A stretch of 64,000 nucleotides of DNA. It comes from Hyaloraphidium curvatum SAG 235-1 (lineage: Eukaryota > Fungi > Monoblepharomycota). Position 1 is the stretch's first letter. Each line of letters starts with the position of its first letter. The notes below the pieces were generated by a model. That model was not told where the DNA came from. It made no database searches and was given only the letters and a program-made list of their open reading frames with translations. The position numbers and the translations under genes are program-made. The stretch covers positions 682,001 through 746,000 of the forward strand of contig JAIVFI010000001.1 in assembly GCA_025558095.1 (NCBI GenBank). The letters run 5' to 3'. Shown piece by piece: positions 36,766-45,935 of this stretch.

Positions 36766-39469
36766 GCCTCTCAACCCGTAGGGACCTCCGCCCACCGAAC
36801 ACTTCCCCGCCAGCAACGGCGCGCTCGCGGGAGCGCAGGTCGGACGGATGTGCTTCCCGGCCGCTGTTTTTTGGGGCGGTTTTCGCGGGCGGCGATGCTT
36901 CCCGCGCGGGAAGCGGGGCCCGCGCCGGGGGAGTTGCGTCATCGGGGGAGCATCTCTCAACGGGTCGTGCCGGCATCAGCGGGTATCATTGGCGGAGTAC
37001 TTCAAACGTGCTAGGGGGGGCGATGGATGGCGTCTGCGGGTCAGATTAGGGATGAAGTCGGGCGGATGGACGAAGGTGGCGCTGGGCAGGTATTGGAAGG
37101 ACGGCCTAGCAAGCCAACGCTGCCCGCAGACGGCCAACGAAACGATCTTGCCGGACGATGGGAAGCCAATCATTGCATTTCCGCGTTTCAAGTATAGGAT
37201 ATCAAGGTCTTGAAGGAGCGACATGATCGCCCGGGGCGGTTGCTGGGTCGACGCCGCTGAGGTACCGCGTGGCACTCCGATTCCGGTGCCGCCCTGTTTC
37301 ACACAGACCTGGTACTGCCCGGGCACGTGCTTGCACGACCAAAGAAATCCTCCTTTTCTTTTTCGAATCGGCCGGGCATGGAGCCATTCGCGGGGCACTC
37401 CGAACCGCGTCGATGGAGACGCGCTTTCGGCACCGGATCGCCCATATCGCAGACCCGGACAGCACATCGCAGGGGCATCTCCGGCCCCTACATTGGTCAT
37501 TGGAGGATGCGCTAGTTTTGCGCGGCTTGCCGAGCACAGATGGCCCAAGTTGCCGGGGATGCCGGCTTCCCGCGTTTCAGAGCCGGCCTGATTGCAACTA
37601 CGCGGCAACCCGACGAGGCCAAGCCCCGGGCGACAGATGCCTCATCGGGATATCATCTCTGTTGGCGCGTTTCAGCAAGATCGGACTGCTTCTCTCCTCG
37701 GGGATGCCGTTTTCCAGGGCCCTGGACGAGTCGAGGTCGCGCTAGACGCGCGCGCCTATTTGGCCCAACAAATAGCCTTCACCGCTAGCCTCCTCTGGCC
37801 GACTTGCCCATTCTCCCGGGGGCGGATCCCGCGCACACTACCCGCGGAGGGCGCTCCGCCGCGCGCATCGGGTGCTCCGCGGACGCCCGGCGCGTCGCCC
37901 GCGCCGCCGACCGGGATCGGAGCGCGAGCGCGAGCGGCCGCCGTGGGTCGCGCGTACCCGCCCTCCCGCGCCGGCAGCCCCGCGGGGCGCGCGCCGCGGT
38001 CGCATTCGGTGGGTTTCGGCCGCGCTCCCTCGCCGGCAGTCGGCGCGCCCGGCGCTGACCGCGGTTCGCCAGCAGGACCGCCGACCCGCCCTGCCGCCCT
38101 TTTGCCGCCGCGCGCACGCACACCTCGCGGCCGCACGTGCCCCGCGGCGCCGCATTAATTGCCCCGCGCCAGAGGGGATCGCGCGGCACGCGGCGGATCC
38201 TGTGTCTCCGGAGCGGCGCGCGAATCTCTGGCTCCGGACACAAGGGTGTCAAGGTGACGGAGGAAACCCGCGCCGAAGGCACCGAGTCCCTTTTCCTGGT
38301 AAGTTGCCATCAGCTGATCATCGATCGCGTGCGGCGCGATGGCGGGCCGGACCTGGGCTGGGCTCACGACTGTTCTCGTCCGACCCAGTATTCGTCGCTG
38401 TCGATCCCGTCGGCCTTTCGCTTTGGGCACTTCGACTCCTCGGCCGCGTCTACGCTGAACGGCCGTCGAATTGCCAAGGCGCTTGGGGCAAATGGGTCCC
38501 AAGAAGCAGAGAAAGTTCGGCATCAGGAAGCGGAGGAGGGTAGGCATCCGACCAGCTTGTGCACAAGCTGTCGTTCCTGTGAGCTGCCCCGGCCTTTTGC
38601 GCCTTCTGTTCTGACACACGGTACAGAGCTGGTGGACCCCTGCGGTGGCAGCAGTTCAACGCAGCCACCCACCCGCGCCGTCCGAAGCCAAACTTCTGCC
38701 CATCATCGAGGCCCTCGGCGGGACCAGCCCTCGCGAGCAACGGCTCCGCACAGCCGCTCTCATTAACGAGTACTGTCGCGTGGGACTGCTCATGGCCCAG
38801 CAAGACCTCGATCCCGCGCTGCTGGGCAGGGTCTTGAAGGACGCTGTTTCAAACGACCACGTCGAGTTCCTCACCGGCGCCTTCACGCATCGCTGGCCGT
38901 ATCGTGACATTGTGCCCGCCGATCTGATTCCATGCGCCGTCGAGAATCGCTCCTGGCGCTGCCTTGTGGTCCTGGGCGCCGCCGCGGGCGCCGACCCAGA
39001 CCACTCGGCCCTCGTGCGCGGCAGCATCCGCGCCTCCCTCAACTCCTTCATCGAGCGTATCACCGGCGCCAAAGTCGAATACGTGCGCGCCTTCTGCGAT
39101 GCCGTGCTCCCGCTCTTCCACCCCCGCCAGATCAGCTACAGCGACAAGGTCGAGGTGATCCTCTCGCTCACGGACCCGCTCCTGGAGGACGTGGTTCGGG
39201 AACCCCTCCTCAGCTCGCCGATTCTGGGACTGAGGAACATCCTCCGTTCGCCTTCGGCTCGTGGCGAGATCCTGCAGGAAGCCATTAAGCGCTGGGACGC
39301 CCAAGCGCGGCCGGAGCTGCGGGCTTCTCTGGAGGCCATGCGCGACAGCGGGCCGCCGGAGCCCGCCTCTCTCTAGCTCTCGTTCGACCGCTCTGCTTCC
39401 CATTTACCTCTTTGTTCCGCGATACCCGACAGATCCGGCCGGCCCGGAGTACCGCACCAACAACCCGTA
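36766..39469 (+). repeat. Repeated module copy 3 (inverted relative to copies 1 and 2)
   Basis: 24-bp motif at 36766-36789; e.g. 37261-37340 is a reverse-complement homologue of 20385-20467 and 37549-37566 of 20157-20174; ends after family A copy 3. Confidence 0.75.
38492..39376 (+). CDS. Orphan helical family 'A', copy 3
   Basis: LRTAALINE, LDPALLGRVL, SWRCLVVLGA, RAFCDAVL, SPILGLR; probable basic first exon (MGPKKQRKFGIRKRRR) and intron 38540-38626. Confidence 0.72.
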
Positions 39470-39700
39470 AAGTAGCACGCACTTCAACAGATGGAAGGAT
39501 AACCTTGGACAACTTTGGCGCTTTGACGCTTTTGTCATTGTAAATATTGCTTCTCGGTTGGGAAGCTTTCGTGCTTCGTCGAGGACCGTGATTGGATTAG
39601 ATGAAACGATGCTCTTGCCTGCGGGCATGGGAGACAGGGGCGAGAGAGGCGCGTGTCCTCGAGTTTAGTCGCACACGTTCCACAGCTTCCTTCTGCCTCG

Positions 39701-41383
39701 ATGTTGCCTGCGGGCGACGACACCGAGTCCGGCGGACTTGAGCTTGGCAAATGGGCGGACGACCCGGGGACGGACGACCGGGCGGAAGGGCCCGGAGAAG
39801 CGCGGCGGAGGCGCGTTCTCGCGGGCTCCGCGGCAGCGGGACCTCCGTCGTCGGCCGAGCGCAGCGACTTCACGCCGGAGGAATGGCTCGTTCTTTTTCC
39901 ATCGCCGCTGCCTCCTTTGGACGCGTTTGGAGGCATTGGCTTCTCGCAGCACGCCGATCCGGCCGCGGCTCTGCGTGCAAGCGAGCCGCTCACTGCGGAC
40001 GCAATGCTACGCGAATTTGACCACGCGGTCCTGCATCTCGCGGCGATATTGGGACTCCGCTCGCCACTAGTATGGAACACATGGCTTGCCGCCGCGGCCT
40101 TCGCGCTGAACGGCGCCATGTCGCTCGCACTCCTGGGCACCGCGGCAGCATGGAACGACGGGCGCTTCACGCCGACGGCGATCGGCGTCGGGATTGCAGC
40201 CGTGGCCCTCTTGTTCGCGTCCTTGTTTACGATCTTTGCGAGTGCTGCCGTTAGTTGGCCACCGATCTCGAGTGTGATGGACTTCGTTGCGCCGGCTGGC
40301 ATGTTTCGGTGGCTTCGCGCAGTGCGGAGAACAGACAACCGGCAGTTGCAAGCCAAGGGCAATGCTTCCGCCGCCGTCGGTGGCAACCTCCTTCAGCACC
40401 TGCCGGACGATCCAGACTGCCCTTGTTCGAGCTGCTTGCCGAAAGTGCAGCTCTTTGCTGGGGTATTGGCCTTGCTCGACGAGATATCGAACGGTGCCTT
40501 CTTCATTACCATGCTCTTCATGATGGTCTTCACGCCCTACGTCACGTTTGGCGGTCGGATTTGGACCACCTGGTGGAGTGCGTGCATCGGGGTCTTGAAC
40601 GGTAACGTGCTTGCCGCATCTCAAATCCTTAACATTCACGCGTAGCCCTCTACAACAGCTCTTTTCGTGCTCTCGTTTGTTTTCAACACTTCCGGGCGCT
40701 TCTTAACGATCGCCAACTTGGCTTACGCGGCTCTCGAACGCCGCCTTCTGCGACGCGCAACGACACTTGCTATGCAAGACCTCATTGCGGCCTGTCACGA
40801 CGCCGCATCAGAGGCGGACAACTCGGACGGATTCCGCTTGCTTCGCGGCACTGGCTGGCTCTATGCGCACCTGCACTACCGGTTTGCGAGCGTCTGTCGC
40901 GTAAGGGACAAGCAGGACCAGGCCTTCGTTAGCAGGCTCGTGGCGATCACCGGTTTCCCCGCCGCCATCATTGGCATTCTGCTTTCGATCACGACGGGAC
41001 GATGCTTACCAGTCTGGCTGCTCATCTTTCTGCCCACACAAGTGCTTTACTTTACCGTGAACGCCGTCCACGTGGCGTCGCGAAACGCCCTCCTCGACAC
41101 GGTCGCCGGCGTCTACCGCGACGCGCAGCGCGAATTGCGCATGCTCGCCGTAGCCGCGGGCCCGGGCCCGCTTGCCGACGCGATCGGGCTGCACGACGCC
41201 GCGATCGCGTCGTTTCTGGAGGCTTCGAGGTACCGCGCCAAGATGTTCGGGTTCACGGTCGGATACGGGACCGTGCGAACGTTCCTGGTGACGCTGGTGA
41301 CGGTCGCGGTGGCCCTGTGGGGCGTGCTCAGGGGGTTTGGCGTGTTTGTGACTGTGGAGAGCTTCTGTCCGTCGGAACCGTGA
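39701..41383 (+). CDS. Putative 7-TM receptor/ion-channel-like protein, copy 4 (divergent)
   Basis: FTPEEWL, DPAAALRASEPLT, NDGRF, HLPDDPDCPCSSC, IWTTWW, LYAHLH, GRCLP, FGFTVGYGTVRTFLVTL, VESFC; intron 40602-40658. Confidence 0.8.
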
Positions 41384-41660
41384 AGTTGGAGCGGGCGGAG
41401 GTGGCTTCGAGAAGTTCTGCCCCTCGTGGGATTGCAATAGCCATAGAGGCCTCAAGCCCACCCAACTATGTACAGCTTCAAAGATGCGATCACTACTCCC
41501 AGCGTGCTGATGCGGGTGCCTGCACGACCTCGAACACACAAGCGTCCAACCGCAAGTTGTTGATTCGAAATGGGCCACCTTCAGCCGGCCATCAACAGCC
41601 TTCAGCAGCGAGTGCTTCAGCCGTTGCCCCAGACACGGTCGCGCCAGTACCCACCCCTTG

Positions 41661-41894
41661 CTACTTCTTTGTAAAGGCCCGCCCGAGCATCTTGCCCAGC
41701 TTGTTTGATTGATCCACCATGGCAAGGCCGTCGGCGACCTGCCCCGCGCCCTCCACGGCCTCGGCGGCGTCCAGCACGTCGGCGACCGCCCCGGCGCCTG
41801 GGACGGCGACGTCCAGCACCATCTTGCCGACGAACTTGGCGGCGATGAAGGCGCGCTTCTTGTTGCGGTCGTTGTCGGCGGCGTTCTGCTGCAT
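41661..41894 (-). CDS. Small hypothetical protein (77 aa)
   Basis: GC3-rich ORF with good ATG context (GCCATG); amphipathic Ala/Gly-rich sequence. Confidence 0.55.
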   Translation of the reverse strand: MQQNAADNDRNKKRAFIAAKFVGKMVLDVAVPGAGAVADVLDAAEAVEGAGQVADGLAMVDQSNKLGKMLGRAFTKK

Positions 41895-42315
41895 GGCGTT
41901 GCGCGGGGTTCTTGCGAGACGGTGGGTGGAAATCAGTCAGTCACGCGGCTCTCCGCGAAATCAGTCAGTCATGGAGCAGCGCGGGGCTGGTGCCGATGAA
42001 AGAGAACCAAGAAGGTATTCATCGCTGCACTGAACCATCACCCGATTTGCTTGCGATCAATCATTAATGGCAGAGAAGTTTGCACTCGGGGCGTGCGCCA
42101 GGATTGCACTTCTTTGTCGGCTGTGACGCCGCCCCTTTCTCAATCTTGTCCGGTCCACCTATTGTGCACGCAGAGACAACTCCGCGACTCGCGCTGTCTA
42201 TAGGCAGAGCGAACTGCTGCGGTCGACGCGCGTTCTGCCTTTGGAGCGAGTTTACCTTCCCGTAAGCGCGGCCGTGTCTCCCAAACAACATCAGACCCAG
42301 CAACACAGAAACGCG

Positions 42316-43470
42316 ATGGCCCCGAAACCGCTAGGCGTCGGCATCATCGGCGGGTCGCCCGACCGCGGGTGGGCCGTGGACGCGCACATCCCGGCGCTCG
42401 ACGCGCTCGGGGAGCTCTACAAGCTCACGGCCGTGGCGACGAGCCGGCCCGAGTCCGCCAAGGCCGCGGAGCAAAAGTTCGGAGTCAAAGCCTACTCGGA
42501 CCACCGCGAGCTCGTTGCTGATCCCGAGGTGGACGTGGTGGTGGTGTCGGTCAAGGTGCCGGAGCACTTCAAGCTCGTCTCGTCGGCGCTCGAGTCGGGG
42601 AAGCGCGTCATCTGCGAATGGCCGCTGGGCAACGGGGCTGCCGAGGCGGCCAAGCTCGCCGAGGAGGCCGCGAAGCGCGGGATCCCGAACCTGGTCGGGC
42701 TCCAGGCGCGTTCGGCGCCCGCCTTCAACTACATCCGCGATTTGATCAGGGAAGGCTTCGTCGGCGAGATCATGTCGACCTCGGTGATCGGCAGCGGCAA
42801 CTTCCCGGCCGAAGCCTCCGTGCCGAGCTTCTACTCGTACCTCCTGGACAGGAAGAACGGCGCCACGACCCTCACGATCCCGTTCTCGCACTTCACTGAC
42901 GCGATGCAGTACGCCCTGGGCAGGGAGTTCGTCGAGGTATCTGCGAACCTCGCCGTGCGGCGTCCCAAGGTGCCCGTGGTCGGCGGCGGCGAGCTGGAAG
43001 CCACCGCACACGACCAGATCTCCGTCTCGGGCGTGCTCGAGGGCGGCGCCCCCGCGACGGTCGCTTTCAAGTTTTACCGGTCGCCCGGGGCCAACTTTTT
43101 GTGGGAAATCAACGGGACCAAGGGGGACCTGAGCATCACCGGACCCTCGGGCCACGTTCAGATGTTTGACGTCGAGATCAAAGGCAGCCAGCACGGCAAA
43201 GCGCTGGAAGCCATGCCGGTGCCGGAAAAGTTCCACTGGGTTCCCGCGGGGGTGCCCAAGGGCTCGCCCTTCAACGTCGCGCAGGCGTACGTCCAGGTCG
43301 CGGACGACTGGGCGGGGAAGGAGGTGGCGGGAAGGTCGCCCGCGCCGACGTTTGCGGACGCGGTGAAGCAGCACCGGTTTGTGGAGGCGATCGAGGCGGC
43401 CGCCGAGACGGGGATCAAGCACGTCAGGGGCAGCGACGGGCTGTGGAAGCCGGCGGCGGCGAAGATATAG
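42316..43470 (+). CDS. Gfo/Idh/MocA (Gal80-like) oxidoreductase
   Basis: GWAVDAHIPAL, SVKVPEH, CEWPLG, GLQAR, TLTIPFSH, WEINGTKGDL, PTFADA; intronless; C-terminal AKI. Confidence 0.92.
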   Translation: MAPKPLGVGIIGGSPDRGWAVDAHIPALDALGELYKLTAVATSRPESAKAAEQKFGVKAYSDHRELVADPEVDVVVVSVKVPEHFKLVSSALESGKRVICEWPLGNGAAEAAKLAEEAAKRGIPNLVGLQARSAPAFNYIRDLIREGFVGEIMSTSVIGSGNFPAEASVPSFYSYLLDRKNGATTLTIPFSHFTDAMQYALGREFVEVSANLAVRRPKVPVVGGGELEATAHDQISVSGVLEGGAPATVAFKFYRSPGANFLWEINGTKGDLSITGPSGHVQMFDVEIKGSQHGKALEAMPVPEKFHWVPAGVPKGSPFNVAQAYVQVADDWAGKEVAGRSPAPTFADAVKQHRFVEAIEAAAETGIKHVRGSDGLWKPAAAKI

Positions 43471-43495
43471 GCGGCAATCGGGCGCATTCGATTTG

Positions 43496-45485
43496 TCACT
43501 CCGTTTTCGCCCGCTTGGCCTCCCGTTCACCCTCCTCGTTTTCCGTCCCGCTGCCCTCGGATGACTCTACCACGTCCACCGGCTCCGTCGCCGCCTCCCG
43601 CGGCACCTTCCCGCCCATATCCCTTTCGAACATGTCGATGTACGACTGCCGCCCGCCCGCGGCCATGGCCTCGCCCACTTTGCCCACGTACCGCGTCCGC
43701 GGGTCGATCCCCACCGAGGCGTCCGAGGGCACCGTGTCGGCCGTCGACGCCTTGAGCGCGCGGAAGAGCGCGGCGTGGTCCGCGAGCAGCTGCTCTTCGG
43801 CCTTTGCGAGGGAGGCGGGGTCGGCTCCAGCAGCGTGTGCCTTGAGCAGGGGCTGCAACCGATCACCGACGATCCACATGGCGTCCAGAGCGCTCAAGCA
43901 GGCATGTGCACAGCCCGTTCCGAGGGGCCAGAAGGGCTCAAGAAGACTGGGGAAGCGGGGGAAGGCAGTGGCGGCGGCGGGTGTGTGTGGCGGGTCGTGT
44001 CACGAGTTCACGGAAGCGAGGTCAGAACCAAAGCATAGAAAGGTGCAAGCTACCGACGAACCTATCGCCGAGCGGGCATGCCAGAACGATCCTGTCGTTG
44101 TACCTTACGAGCTTGCTCGGTTCCGTCGCGTTGCTCTTCTCGCTGAAGTCGAATATCGCAACGTCGTTCGACTTTCCGTCCACCCCCGTCATGAACTTTG
44201 CCTCCTCCGGAATGCCAACGGCCAGCGCGACCTTCCTCACGCACTCCTCGAGCTTTGCAGGGTCCACGTTCGAGGGCGCCAGTATCTTGTCCATGGTTGA
44301 AAAGTCCTCGCGAAGCACGCCCTGCCGGAGCAGGTTCGCCTCGCGGATGCACATGACGAGGTAGTGGGTCTCATCCTGATAATAGACGAGGTTCTCGAGC
44401 GCGACGCCGTGCTCGCGCTCGATCTCGCCGAACCACTGCTTATTCAGATAGGACACGTACCCGCCCTTCTTCTGGATCTTCTTGCACGCGAGCTCCACGC
44501 GCGGGTCCTCGCGCGAAAAGTTGCAGGTGATGCCGATCGCCTGCGTCGGGCGGAACCCGGCGCGGCCGAAACCCAGGGCGGCGGTGAGCTTGGAGTGCTC
44601 GCCCGTGCAGCAGAGGAGCACGTTGCAGGGGTACGGGTCCAGCGACGGGTCGGAGAACTTCGGGTCCAGCATGGCGGGCGGCTTGCTGTCCTCGTGGCCG
44701 GGCTCGGCGCCCGGTTCCGGTGCCGCCGCGGGCCATTCGAACGAGACCTCAGGGTGGACCTCGGCGCCGACCAGCAGGGCCAGCTTCAGGAGCGCCAGCT
44801 GGAGCCGCCGGATGGCGATGTGCTCGATCCCGCCGACGCCGAACTTGGCAAAGACGTGCTTGAGACCGATCTTCTTCAGGTCCGCCATGGTCCATGGCCA
44901 CAAATGCAATACGTTGTGCCTTGTAAAGGTGGCCCGCTTCTCGACAACCTTTACCTGCCTGCAGCGCAGGAAGCAGGCCTCGATTGCCGCGCGAAGTCCA
45001 GAGGGGCCGGCGCCGACGCAGAGCACGACGGCGTCGGGCGCGCGCTTGATCGCGTGCGCGTCGCGGAAGTTGGCCTCGAGCGTGTCAAAGAGCGCCTTTG
45101 CCGAGTAGCTCCCCGGCGCCGTCGCGACGAGCAGCTCGGCGAACCCGCGCGGGAGCGCGTCGTCCTTTGTCAGCTCCTCGACGCGGGATGCGAGGCCGTC
45201 GGAGGAGACAGCCGCGCGTGCAGCAGTCCGGTACGCGTCAAAAGCGCCCACGATCGATGCCACGGGGCCATCGTTGTTCAGAAACTCGCCAAAGAGCGCG
45301 ATCGGGTTGCCCGGCGGGCCGGACGCGTCTTCCGAAGGCGCCGGAGCGGGTGCGTCGGCCGGGCCAGGCGGGGGATCGGCGGGCGTCAGATGCGGCTTCG
45401 GGGGCACCGGCGGCGGCGACTTTGCCGCCAGCAGCGATACGGGCTTCGGAGGCACGGGCGGCGCGGCGGCCTGTCGGTCCTCCAT
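43496..45485 (-). CDS. MICAL-type FAD monooxygenase domain protein (stand-alone)
   Basis: GAGPSGLRAAIEA, VVEKRATFTRHNVLHLWPW, HIAIRRLQLALLK, LENLVYYQDETHYLVM, DVAIFDF; after intron 43947-44061, GDSLLEPFWPLGTGCAH. Confidence 0.88.
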
Positions 45486-45935
45486 GCCGCGTCCGGGAGA
45501 GCGGCGAGCGGAGCGGGCGGAGTCTTCGGCGGCGGCACACGCAAAACTGCGTTCTCCCAATGTCCCCAATGGGATTGGCGCCTCCTTCCCAGGTCCACAC
45601 GTGGGCCGCAACCACTATGAAATCCATGCGCAAGGCCGAACTAGGTATGTTCGCCGTTGCGTCGCCCAGCATGCGCGATCGAGGCGTCCGTGACCGAGAT
45701 TGCCGGCGGCCTTCGACAACCGGATCTGATCTTCTTCTGCGCAAATCAGCACGCCGGCAGCTCCTGCGATCGGCCTTCCATCCCAAACCGGGTTTGCTGG
45801 GCCTGCTGGCGCAATCTCGGGCTAGAGTCCGGACCGGGTGCTCCCAGAACACCCGGAAAGCCGCGCCGCGTCGGTAAACAAGCCGACGCCGGCACCTTTC
45901 GCGTCACAACGCGTTCGGGCCACGCGTCCACCGAC

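Noticed and set aside
36766-36789. piggyBac/Helitron assignment for the module
   Set aside because: TCAA-CCC resembles TTAA-CCC, but no inverted partner end, CTAG-hairpin end or transposase was found.
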